A stretch of DNA of 35,053 nt from a virus. Taxonomy: Duplodnaviria; Caudoviricetes. This document shows positions 7,491 to 15,930 of the stretch, piece after piece. The position numbers were made by a program, and so were the translations under genes. Location of the stretch: the IMG/VR virus record IMGVR_UViG_3300049209_000023, positions 1 through 35,053 of that record. One strand, given 5' to 3'. The notes beneath the pieces were generated by a model that was not told where the DNA came from, made no database searches, and saw nothing but the letters and a program-made list of their open reading frames with translations. How positions within the stretch are numbered: position 1 is the stretch's first letter; each line of letters starts with the position of its first letter.

Positions 7491-7949
7491 ATGAGCAAGA
7501 AACGCCAAGAGCGAACATTCTTCCCGAACCCGCTAGCCCGCCTGATGCCGCTGCCGAAGAAGAAGCGCGATGCACTCGTTCTGAGGGCGTACACGGCGCT
7601 TGCGTCCCTGGAAAAAGGCAAGGAGTCGGATGTAGACGCTTGGCGCGACATCGCTGACGTTGTGAACGTCACCGAGACACTAGCAGTCCACATCAAAAAG
7701 CTAGACGCCGCTGCAACTGTCTACACCAGAGCGGCCAATGAGGCAATGAGGGTTTCTCAGGATCTCTACAAGGCCGGTCAAGGGCTTAAGCTGGACGAAT
7801 ACGGTGTTAACGCGGTTCGCGCAGTAATCTCGATCTATGAGCAATGCTTGGAGCTTATGACTGAGAAACAGGTCGAAGAAGCGTTTAAGCGCACCGTTGA
7901 AGAGGTCCGAAAGCACATCGCCGCTGGCGGGGAGGTTGTAGAGCTATGA
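7491..7949 (+). CDS. Helical phage hypothetical protein
   Basis: AGGAGG RBS before the ATG at 7491. Confidence 0.8.
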   Translation: MSKKRQERTFFPNPLARLMPLPKKKRDALVLRAYTALASLEKGKESDVDAWRDIADVVNVTETLAVHIKKLDAAATVYTRAANEAMRVSQDLYKAGQGLKLDEYGVNAVRAVISIYEQCLELMTEKQVEEAFKRTVEEVRKHIAAGGEVVEL

Positions 7950-8272
7950 ATGACCGCGAACTGCTGGAGCTGGCGGCGAAGGCAATCCGACTTAACGTTC
8001 GCTGGTATGACGGTGAATGTCTTATCGTTGCTGACAAGTGCAACGGTTATGCCGGCAAATGGAACCCCCTCACCGACGACGGTGATGCGCTGCGGCTGGC
8101 GGTGAAGCTGCGGTTTGGCGTTGACCCTTGGGGGGCTGGGGCGTGTGCCGTTGTGTTTCGACCCAACGACATGGGGCAAATCCACGAGCCGCATTACGGC
8201 GACGATCCGGAGCGCGCCACCCGTCGCGCAATCGTCAGAGCAGCGGCAGAGATTGGAAAGGGGATGGAGTGA
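7946..8272 (+). CDS. nin-region-type protein (WNPLTDDGDALRLAVKL...TRRAIVRAAAEIG)
   Basis: Recurrent phage motif; coupled ORF. Confidence 0.75.
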   Translation: MNDRELLELAAKAIRLNVRWYDGECLIVADKCNGYAGKWNPLTDDGDALRLAVKLRFGVDPWGAGACAVVFRPNDMGQIHEPHYGDDPERATRRAIVRAAAEIGKGME

Positions 8273-8595
8273 CCATCGACCCGCAAAAAGCGGTTGACTT
8301 CATCCGAGACAGCGCATTGCCACTTGCTCAGGCAAAGGCAAACCGCGTTTATTGCGAGGAATACCGCAAGACGCTCAAAGCCAAGCTGATGAAGGGATGC
8401 GGCCTTGACGCAATCGGCGCGCAAGAGCGAGAAGCCTACGCACATCCCGACTACGCCGCGCACCTTGAGGCTTTGAGAGAAGCGGTCGCCGAGGAAGAGA
8501 AGCTACGGTGGCAAATGGTCGCCGCTCAGGCTAGGGTAGAGGTTTGGCGTTCGCAGGAAAGCTCGGCAAGGGCAGAAGGAAGGGCAGTGAGATGA
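8269..8595 (+). CDS. Coiled-coil phage protein (AQEREAYAHPDY)
   Basis: GTGA overlap start; helical composition. Confidence 0.75.
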   Translation: MTIDPQKAVDFIRDSALPLAQAKANRVYCEEYRKTLKAKLMKGCGLDAIGAQEREAYAHPDYAAHLEALREAVAEEEKLRWQMVAAQARVEVWRSQESSARAEGRAVR

Positions 8596-8801
8596 TTGTT
8601 CAAGGCCAGCGCTATTCGTATGAGGGCTACTCCGTCCTCGCCGTCGAATCAGCAGAACGAGGCCAGGTCGCAGTGCGCAGGATCAACCCGCTTGAGCCGT
8701 TGGGGCTTGAGAAGAGGATTTATGTGGCTGCGGAGAGGCTGGTGGCGGAGCCGATGAATTACTTCAGCGGGCAGACGAGCGAAGGCAAGCGTAAGGAATG
8801 A
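8592..8801 (+). CDS. Hypothetical protein
   Basis: ATGA coupling at both ends. Confidence 0.7.
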   Translation: MIVQGQRYSYEGYSVLAVESAERGQVAVRRINPLEPLGLEKRIYVAAERLVAEPMNYFSGQTSEGKRKE

Positions 8802-9349
8802 AGCCCAAGCGCTGCGCCTCCTGTAAAGAGCAATTCACCCCTATGCGCCCAATGCAAAAGGCATGCGGGTGGGAGTGCGCGCAGAAGTTGGCAGAAAAGT
8901 TGCGGGAGCGGCGCGATCTGACAGAAAGACGGGCCGACTTACAGAAAAGCAAGGCCAAGCTGGCCGACCTTAAGCCTTTGTCTCACTGGCTCTCGCTCAC
9001 TCAGGATGTTGTGAACGCCTATGTGCGATTGAGGGATGCTCACTTGCCCTGTGTGTCGTGCGGGGCAACGAGCGCCGCAACATGGGATGCAGGGCACTTC
9101 TACAGCCGCGGGGCTAGGCCGAACCTTCGATTCGAGCCCCTCAACATAGCGAAGCAATGTCGAAAATGTAACCACTACACATCGGCAGACGTGCAGGACG
9201 CATTTCGCAGAGAGCTAAAGCGCCGCATAGGCGTTAAAGCGTTCAACATGCTGAAACGCGACCATGAGCCGCGCAAGTGGACCCGTGAGGCGCTGGAGGA
9301 ACTGAGGGCGTACTACCGCCAGAAGATCCGCGAGATGGAGCGGGGTTAG
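8798..9349 (+). CDS. ninG: NinG/Rap recombination endonuclease
   Basis: CxxC...CxxxC N-terminus, YVRLRD..PCVSCG, WDAGHFYSRG, LRF...NI..QC..CN. Confidence 0.92.
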   Translation: MKPKRCASCKEQFTPMRPMQKACGWECAQKLAEKLRERRDLTERRADLQKSKAKLADLKPLSHWLSLTQDVVNAYVRLRDAHLPCVSCGATSAATWDAGHFYSRGARPNLRFEPLNIAKQCRKCNHYTSADVQDAFRRELKRRIGVKAFNMLKRDHEPRKWTREALEELRAYYRQKIREMERG

Positions 9350-9390
9350 GGTTTGTCCTAGTACACGACAGGTGGCTGTGTACCTACAGT
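9347..9390 (+). promoter_or_regulatory. Early promoter cassette, copy 3
   Basis: TAGGGTTTGTCCTAG, then TACAGT 37 nt after the start of AGGG, then CATCGCAACAAGGAG. Confidence 0.55.
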
Positions 9391-9416
9391 ACGTCCATCG
9401 CAACAAGGAGACAGAA

Positions 9417-9605
9417 ATGAACAAATCAGAACTGCGAGAAATTTTGAAACTCGCGCAATACAAGTCGGCTGGGTGTGATCTGGGGATCATTGCTCGCGGC
9501 TTGTCCTCATTGATTCGCGCTTCAGTCACAAAACGAAGCCGTGATTCGCTGATGGAATATGCAAAACCATTTGGCGTTGAATCACACCCTGATTTCGTTG
9601 TGTGA
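9417..9605 (+). CDS. 62-aa hypothetical protein
   Basis: AAGGAG RBS; downstream of its own promoter cassette. Confidence 0.75.
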   Translation: MNKSELREILKLAQYKSAGCDLGIIARGLSSLIRASVTKRSRDSLMEYAKPFGVESHPDFVV

Positions 9606-9687
9606 CATAAAATAACCACGCTGGCCGGGAGAACCTAGCCAGCAGCTAGCCTGCTCTTTGACCGCCCCCGCCCGGGTTATAGGCGGG

Positions 9688-10168
9688 GATCCTCACAGAA
9701 GCGGCGGCGGGAGCGAATGGGTTTGCCCCTTACGCATGCAGCCTAAGCGCCGCTAGCAGGCGCCCGCTTCTGTGAGGGTTACGGATCACCTTCGTTGTTA
9801 AAAGGCCAGAGCGTGTCTAAATCCGTCGGGTGCCCCGCCTGAAATAACGCTCAGGGGATCCTCAAGTTTGTCGGTTGGCAGTGAGAACGGGATGTTCTTG
9901 GATGCGGTCATTCCGCGCCAAGTCGGGATACCGTCGGTAGCGCATCGGCCGATGACAGCCGACAATCTTGAGGGTTCAAAGTGCCTCACCAGTGCGCAAG
10001 CACACTGAAACATGAGATTGCCCCCGCTTGCTGTGCGGCCAAGGGGCAACAGGTCAGGCTGGCACTCCCTGTCCCTCAACCTTCAAGTCTGGCTATTGGG
10101 ATTGCGCGAATGGGGACGCGTGACTAAGCATCTGTGTTGCAGGAGAGCCCAGTAGTCAGACTTGAGGG
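9688..10168 (+). ncRNA. Three related long-stem RNA elements (9688-9780, 9856-9977, 10080-10168)
   Basis: Each has a long closing helix (17 to about 24 bp) with CCTCA or CTTCA on the 5' side and TGAGGG on the 3' side, and an internal G[CA]GAA[TC]GGG motif. Confidence 0.6.
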
Positions 10169-10283
10169 GAATGCGCAGGCTGATGCGCAGAAAGGTTCTA
10201 GTCGCACCTTCTTGGAGAGAGTTGCCGCGAAGGCGGCCGCATCTAAGGTGCAAGCCGGAGATACAGCACCGGCCCCTCAACCA
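10162..10283 (+). ncRNA. Kissing-loop structured RNA, copy A
   Basis: TTGAGGGG/CCCCTCAA closing stem; hairpins GCGC-AGGCTGAT-GCGC and GCCGG-AGATACAGCA-CCGGC; a related copy lies at 33397..33607. Confidence 0.65.
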
Positions 10284-10285
10284 AT

Positions 10286-10364
10286 GCGGGCAAACAAGCG
10301 CAAGGGGCGCGCAACGGCCTTCCAAGCCGCAGAACGCGGAGTTCGACTCTCCTTGCCCGCTCCA
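10286..10364 (+). tRNA. tRNA-Gly(TCC) with an atypical D-arm region
   Basis: Acceptor GCGGGCA/TGCCCGC-T-CCA, anticodon arm CGGC-CTTCCAA-GCCG, T arm GGAG-TTCGACT-CTCC. Confidence 0.8.
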
Positions 10365-10394
10365 GTACAATTGGGCCAACCAGAAAGGCCCCGC

Positions 10395-10589
10395 ATGCGC
10401 TACCTCTTTGCACTACTGGCCCTATTCGCACTCAGCGGCTGTGCTCAGCTCAGCAAGCTAGAAAACCGGGTGGCATGTACCCCGGATGGCAAGGAAATGC
10501 TCTATGCGAGCATGTACGGGCCGATAGGCATTGCATCGCGGGTTGATGCCAAGGATGCCAAGGCCCTGTGCGCTAAGCCAGCACAATGA
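10395..10589 (+). CDS. Small lipoprotein
   Basis: Signal peptide MRYLFALLALFA with lipobox LSGC. Confidence 0.8.
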   Translation: MRYLFALLALFALSGCAQLSKLENRVACTPDGKEMLYASMYGPIGIASRVDAKDAKALCAKPAQ

Positions 10590-10759
10590 CAGAATGGCTC
10601 CTCACCGATAGCGGACACATCATCCCGCTAGAGGACTTGAGAGAGCACGAACGAACCAAGCAATGTTGGTGCCAACCAATCGAAGACGATGATGTAACGG
10701 TCCACAACTCGCTAGACAGGCGAGAGGACTACGAGACAGGCAGGATGGAGCTTCACTGA
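10586..10759 (+). CDS. 57-aa putative metal-binding protein (HIIP..DLREH...CWC.P...VHNS.D)
   Basis: Translated by hand; coupled to the lipoprotein and to terS. Confidence 0.75.
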   Translation: MTEWLLTDSGHIIPLEDLREHERTKQCWCQPIEDDDVTVHNSLDRREDYETGRMELH

Positions 10760-11055
10760 TGGCAAATCCCAGCAAACTAGGCACGAAAGCTGCTAAGCCG
10801 CCTAATGCTGGCATGGGTCGCCCTAAAGGCATCCCCAACAAGGCCACCAAGGCGCTTAAGGACATGATCCTTGGCGCGCTTGACCAGGCGGGGGGCGAAA
10901 AGTACCTGCTGGAGTGTGCACAGGACCCGAAGCTAGCCGGCCCTTTCCTGAGCCTGATTGGCAAGGTCCTGCCTCAGACCATCCAAGGCCCAGGGGCTAA
11001 TGGTGAGCATGTGTTCGCCAAGATCGTCCGGGAAGTGGTTGATCCCAAGGCGTGA
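10759..11055 (+). CDS. terS: Terminase small subunit (putative)
   Basis: GRPKGIPNKATKALKDMIL motif; immediately upstream of terL. Confidence 0.75.
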   Translation: MANPSKLGTKAAKPPNAGMGRPKGIPNKATKALKDMILGALDQAGGEKYLLECAQDPKLAGPFLSLIGKVLPQTIQGPGANGEHVFAKIVREVVDPKA

Positions 11056-12275
11056 CTGAGCTTCGCCTACAGACGCCAAGGAAGTTCCTTCCGCTGCTCA
11101 AGCCCGCTCGCTACAAAGGCGCGCATGGTGGGCGAGGATCAGGTAAGTCTCACTTCTGGGGTGAGCTGTGGCTAGAAGAGTCCATAAGCGAGAAGCTGGA
11201 CTTCGTTTGCCTGCGTGAGACCCTCAAGAGCCTTGAGTTCTCCGTCAAGAAGCTGCTTGAGTCCAAGATCCAGCAGTACAACGCCGGTGCTTACTTCGAG
11301 GTTCAGGATCGCCGGATCATTAGCCGTCATGGTGGCCTGACGATCTTTGAGGGCATGCAGAACCACACTGCGGACTCGATCAAGTCGCTAGAAGGCTTTG
11401 ATCGGGCGTGGTTTGAGGAAGCTCAGGCGGCCAGCGACAAGAGTCTGACGCTACTGAGGCCCACGATCCGCAAGCCTGGCTCTCAGATGTGGTTTAGCTG
11501 GAACCCAGACCAAGCCAGCGACCCAGTAGACAAGCTGCTGAGGGGCGAGCATCCGCCGCCTGATTCGGTCGTGCTTGAGGTCAACTACATGGACAACCCG
11601 TTTCTTCCTGACGAACTCAGGGCGGAAATGGAGTATGACCGCGGCAGGGACCCGGACAAGTACGCGCATGTGTGGCTCGGTAAGTACCGCAGCAACGCTG
11701 AGGCTCGCGTATTCCGCAACTGGCGCATCGAGGAATTCGAGACAGGCCCGGCTTGGATCCTGCGTCAGGGCGCTGACTGGGGATTCAGCATTGATCCCTC
11801 GGTCCTGGTCCAATGCGCTATCGTCGGTCGGACCCTTTACGTCATCCATGAGGCGTATCGCGTCGGGTGCGAGGTTGACTTTCTGCCGGAGCTGTTCCGC
11901 TCTGTCCCCGATGCTGAAAGATGGCCGACGACCGCAGACAGCGCCAGGCCGGAGACGATTAGCTACATGCAGCGCCACGGCTTCCCCAAGATGCTTGCGG
12001 CCATCAAAGGGGCCAGAAGCCTAGAAGAGGGAATTGAGTTCCTCCGCTCCTTCGATATCGTCGTTCACCCCCGCTGCACTCATACGATTGACGAGCTTCA
12101 GTCCTACAGCTACGAAACCGACCCGCTAACCGGAATGGTTCTGCCGAAGTTAAAGGACAAAGACAACCACGTAATCGACTCGCTGCGGTATGCCTGTGAG
12201 GGCGCGCGGCGTGCTGCACCGCAGAGACAGGCCTACGACTTCAATAAGTCTGCCGCGACGGGCCTTAGCCTGTGA
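11052..12275 (+). CDS. terL: Terminase large subunit, PBSX family
   Basis: Walker A GGRGSGKS, Walker B WFEEA, SWNP, nuclease motifs GADWG and DNHVIDSLRYA. Confidence 0.95.
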   Translation: MTELRLQTPRKFLPLLKPARYKGAHGGRGSGKSHFWGELWLEESISEKLDFVCLRETLKSLEFSVKKLLESKIQQYNAGAYFEVQDRRIISRHGGLTIFEGMQNHTADSIKSLEGFDRAWFEEAQAASDKSLTLLRPTIRKPGSQMWFSWNPDQASDPVDKLLRGEHPPPDSVVLEVNYMDNPFLPDELRAEMEYDRGRDPDKYAHVWLGKYRSNAEARVFRNWRIEEFETGPAWILRQGADWGFSIDPSVLVQCAIVGRTLYVIHEAYRVGCEVDFLPELFRSVPDAERWPTTADSARPETISYMQRHGFPKMLAAIKGARSLEEGIEFLRSFDIVVHPRCTHTIDELQSYSYETDPLTGMVLPKLKDKDNHVIDSLRYACEGARRAAPQRQAYDFNKSAATGLSL

Positions 12276-12321
12276 CAATCGCGCTTGCCGCATCAATAGT
12301 CGCAAGCTAGACTCGCAAAAC

Positions 12322-14409
12322 ATGGAACTCTCCGAACTCCACGCGCTTTACAGCGAGGCACTGGACGCCACGACAGAGCAGCGCCGTCAGATTGACGATG
12401 ATCTGTCGTTCACGGACGTTTCAGAGCCTGAGCAATGGGACGAGAACCTAAAGCAGAAGCGGCTTAATGATCCTGGCGGCGCTCGGCCCTGTCTGGTGTT
12501 TGACCAGTGCGGGCAGTACATCCAGAACGTCACCGGGCAAGTCGAACAGCGCCCGCCTGCTATGCACGCGGTCCCCGTCGAAAAGGGTGACAAGCGGGTA
12601 GCGCAGCAGTATGACGGGATCTTCCGTCACATCGAGGCAGCTAGCCGGGCGCAGCAGCATTACGCGCGGGCGATGCAGTCTGCCGCCCGGGCTGGTGTCG
12701 GGTATCTCATGATTGAGCCTGACTACACCAATCGAGCGCTCAACTACCAAGAGCCGCGGATTGGCAGCGAAGGGGACCCTCTCCGAGTCGTGTTCGATCC
12801 GTGGTCGGTGGAGCTAGACGGCTGTGATGCGAACTTCGCATTCCACGTCACCCCACTAAGCCAGCGAGAGTTCCGCCGCCGCTACGGGGAGAAGAAGGCC
12901 GCTTCCTCATGGCAAGAGCCTGACCGGATCATCCGCGACGAGCGCGAGTCGATCCTGATTGCGCGCTACTGGCGAGTAGACGAGGCATCGCAGAACATGA
13001 TTGTTTGCACGATGCCCAGCGGGGAACAGGTAGCTCTCGCAGAGGATGACTACTGGCGCGAGTCGCAGAATCTTGGCGTGAATCTGCCGGTTAACGGCAC
13101 GTTCCGCGACAAGGTGCGCAAGGTCTACACGGGTCTTGTCTCTGGTGCGGATTACCTTGAGGCAGAGCGCGAGTTCCCCTGTAGCTACATCGGGGTTGTG
13201 CCGGTTTATGGCTATGTCAGCTTCAGTGAAGGCCGCATGCGCTATTGCGGTATCGGTCGCCGGGCTATGGAGCCGCAGCGCGCCTATAACTTCCACATGA
13301 GCGAGATTCGCGCGCTTCAAGCTGCCGCGCCTCGCTCGCCTTGGATGACGCCGGTTAGGGCGATTCAGGGTCTGGAAGCCATTTGGGATAAGGCTAACGC
13401 AGAAACGCGGGCGTATCTTCCTTACAACGATGTTGACGAGAACGGGCAGCCAATCGCGATGCCGGCTCGCTCTCAGGTCTCGATCAACCTCGCCAATCAC
13501 ATGACGGGGGCCGAGCAAGCGCTTAGGGATATCCAAGCGTCTATCGGCATGTACCAAGCGAACCTTGGCGCACCGAGCAATGAGACCTCGGGAATTGCCA
13601 TCAGCGAGCGCAAGGCGCAGGGCGAGGCCAGTACGGCCAACTTCCCGGCTAATCTGGCTGCCGCAATTGGTCAGATCGGCAAGATCATCATTGACATGAC
13701 CCCGCGCCTGATGGATACGCGTCGCCAGATTCGGATTCTTGGCATCGACTCCACGCCCGGTGAGGTCATCATTGATCCCGAGCAGGCAGAGGCAGTCCAA
13801 GAGACCCCGCAGGGCCTGAGCATCAATCCGAACGTTGGGAAATACGATGTTCGCGTGACTGTTGGGGCATCTTTCGCCACCCAGCGCAGCCAAGCGTCGC
13901 AGCAGTTCACGGAAATCATGCGAGCCGCGCCGCAGATGATGCCTGCTATTGCTCCTTTGTGGGCGCAGACGCTGGACATCCCGCACGCAGACAAGCTGGC
14001 TCAGGTTCTCACGGCTATCGCGCCTCCCGAGGTTCGTGCTGTTCTCCAGCCGGAGAGCAAGGACAAGCCTAGTGCTGACCAGCTCATTATGCAAGTTGAG
14101 CAGCTGCAAGCGGCCTTGAAAGAGGCCATTACTGTTGCGGAAGAGGCAGAGCGAGAAGCGGCTGAGGCCAACGCCAAACTTCAGGAGGCGGACGACTCCA
14201 ATGCAATCAAGGCATATGAAGCCGAGACCAAGCGGCTGCAGGCTCTTGGTTCCGCCGTAACGCCGGAACAGGTGCAAGCCATCGTTGTCCAGACTGTGGG
14301 CCAAATGATGACCAACCCTGACCCGATGCCGGAAGAAGAGATCGAAGAGCCGATTCCGAACGAGTTTGAAGGGCAGGAATTCCCCGCTGAATTCATGCCA
14401 ACAAACTAG
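12322..14409 (+). CDS. P22-like portal protein
   Basis: Follows terL; QW...RPCLVFD, QRAYN and ETSGIAI..R..QG motifs; C-terminal coiled-coil barrel. Confidence 0.92.
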   Translation: MELSELHALYSEALDATTEQRRQIDDDLSFTDVSEPEQWDENLKQKRLNDPGGARPCLVFDQCGQYIQNVTGQVEQRPPAMHAVPVEKGDKRVAQQYDGIFRHIEAASRAQQHYARAMQSAARAGVGYLMIEPDYTNRALNYQEPRIGSEGDPLRVVFDPWSVELDGCDANFAFHVTPLSQREFRRRYGEKKAASSWQEPDRIIRDERESILIARYWRVDEASQNMIVCTMPSGEQVALAEDDYWRESQNLGVNLPVNGTFRDKVRKVYTGLVSGADYLEAEREFPCSYIGVVPVYGYVSFSEGRMRYCGIGRRAMEPQRAYNFHMSEIRALQAAAPRSPWMTPVRAIQGLEAIWDKANAETRAYLPYNDVDENGQPIAMPARSQVSINLANHMTGAEQALRDIQASIGMYQANLGAPSNETSGIAISERKAQGEASTANFPANLAAAIGQIGKIIIDMTPRLMDTRRQIRILGIDSTPGEVIIDPEQAEAVQETPQGLSINPNVGKYDVRVTVGASFATQRSQASQQFTEIMRAAPQMMPAIAPLWAQTLDIPHADKLAQVLTAIAPPEVRAVLQPESKDKPSADQLIMQVEQLQAALKEAITVAEEAEREAAEANAKLQEADDSNAIKAYEAETKRLQALGSAVTPEQVQAIVVQTVGQMMTNPDPMPEEEIEEPIPNEFEGQEFPAEFMPTN

Positions 14410-14443
14410 ACCCTTGAAAACCAGCAACTGACGGGAAGACATC

Positions 14444-14818
14444 ATGGCAAACGCCTACAACTCCACCATTCGCAACGCTCGCATGCAGGCCGTCATTGAC
14501 GAGGCCGGCACGGGTGCTCTGATCAAGCTCTACAACGGCACTCGACCCGCTAACGGCGGCGCGATCAGCTCGCAGACGCTCATCGCGGAACTCAGCAATG
14601 CTGGCTCGCTAGGTAGCGTCAGCGGTGGCGTTCTGACGATGGACACCATCACGGGCGATGCTTCGGCAAACGCCAGCGGGACGCCTACGTGGTGCCGCAT
14701 TCTCAAGAGCGACGGCACTACTTTCGTTGCTGACTTCGATACGGCCGGCCTGCCCGCCGCTACTTCGGGTCAGCCTTACGATCTGACGAGTTTCACCGTC
14801 ACCGAAGGCAATGCCTGA
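14444..14818 (+). CDS. Virion structural protein (fibre-module subunit)
   Basis: Ala/Gly/Thr-rich beta protein (LIKLYNGTRPA, ASGTPTWCRI) in the late operon. Confidence 0.7.
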   Translation: MANAYNSTIRNARMQAVIDEAGTGALIKLYNGTRPANGGAISSQTLIAELSNAGSLGSVSGGVLTMDTITGDASANASGTPTWCRILKSDGTTFVADFDTAGLPAATSGQPYDLTSFTVTEGNA

Positions 14819-14830
14819 TAGGGGCCAGTC

Positions 14831-15928
14831 ATGGCCTTTGCACAGGTCGCCAGCACTTCGCAGGCGTCAGCTTCAGGATCTAGCGTATCGGTAACACTGC
14901 CAACCGGCACTGCTACCGGCGACCTGCTGGTCGTCATCTTTTCGATTGACGGCACCCCTACCGTCACGCACACGGGCACAGGGTGGACGCAAGATGGGCA
15001 GGCCAACGTGCAGGCCGGCGCTTACGTTTTCTGGAAAGTCGCGGACGGCACTGATTCGCTGACGATTAACTACAGCGTCACCGAGGTGGGCGGTTGGGTA
15101 GCCTATCGGATCACCGACCACGGTGGCGAGTTGGAGTTAGCGCGGGCAGCTAATGCGACCGTCGATTCCGCCCCAAACCCTCCCAGCCTTACGCCGAGCT
15201 GGGGCGCAGCAGATACGCTGTGGATTGCTGGATTCGGTAGCGATGACGGCACGAAAACCCTATCGACCTACCCGGCGAACTACACGTCCAATCAACTGAC
15301 TGTCAGCAGCGGCACGTCAGCGTCAACAGTCACTGCCGCAGCAACCAGAGAGCTGAACGCGGCGACAGAGAACCCGGACGCCTTTTCGCTTAGTGGCTCC
15401 GATTACTGGGTCGCATTCACTATCGCGGTGAAGCCTGCTGGCAGTAGCCCTAGCGGCTCTGTCAATGTCACTGATGCCGCTGATGTTGTCGCGGTTGTCG
15501 GATCTGCGCCGGCTATTGGCTCTGTGGCGGTCACGGATGCGGCCGATGCTGTCTCGGTTGCCGGTCAGGCGCCGGCCATCGGAAGCGTTGCCGTTGCGGA
15601 TGCTGCGGATGTCGTTGCTGTTGTCGGTTCCGCAGGTAGCGCTGGCGTCCGCTTGCAGTTCGGAGTCCGGCAGGAGCGCGGCGGCGAGTTTGAAAGTCAA
15701 ACCATCGAGTACTGGGTCTTTTCTGCCGACCGACTAAGCATCGTTGACCGCGGTTTCACGACAACCGAGGCCGTTACCGGGGTCGCAACAGTTGATGTGA
15801 CGGACGGCGGATTCTCGGTAGGTGACAACGTGCTGGTGAGCATTCTGCAAGAGAGTGCAGAGCCTTCCGTACTTGACCGGACCATTCGCTCGGGCATGTT
15901 CTACGTTCCGGCAATCGCCATCCCCTGA
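14831..15928 (+). CDS. Putative head/neck fibre protein with three 21-aa repeats
   Basis: Ser/Thr-rich beta domain followed by GSVxVxDAADxVxVxG repeats. Confidence 0.7.
   Translation: MAFAQVASTSQASASGSSVSVTLPTGTATGDLLVVIFSIDGTPTVTHTGTGWTQDGQANVQAGAYVFWKVADGTDSLTINYSVTEVGGWVAYRITDHGGELELARAANATVDSAPNPPSLTPSWGAADTLWIAGFGSDDGTKTLSTYPANYTSNQLTVSSGTSASTVTAAATRELNAATENPDAFSLSGSDYWVAFTIAVKPAGSSPSGSVNVTDAADVVAVVGSAPAIGSVAVTDAADAVSVAGQAPAIGSVAVADAADVVAVVGSAGSAGVRLQFGVRQERGGEFESQTIEYWVFSADRLSIVDRGFTTTEAVTGVATVDVTDGGFSVGDNVLVSILQESAEPSVLDRTIRSGMFYVPAIAIP
15455..15631 (+). repeat. Three imperfect 63-bp coding tandem repeats
   Basis: GSVNVTDAADVVAVVGSAPAI-type units. Confidence 0.85.
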
Positions 15929-15930
15929 GC

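Noticed and set aside
9688-10168. CRISPR array
   Set aside because: There are no identical direct repeats at regular spacing and no cas genes; similarity is limited to helix bases and one short motif.
10134-10394. N-terminal extension of the lipoprotein ORF and other ORFs in 9798..10461
   Set aside because: They overlap the tRNA and structured RNAs; the signal peptide starts at 10395.
12907-14445. Long antisense ORFs (also 18418..19560, 160..960, 32040..33101, 30678..31391)
   Set aside because: They are shadows of real genes in GC-rich DNA, with no motifs or RBS.
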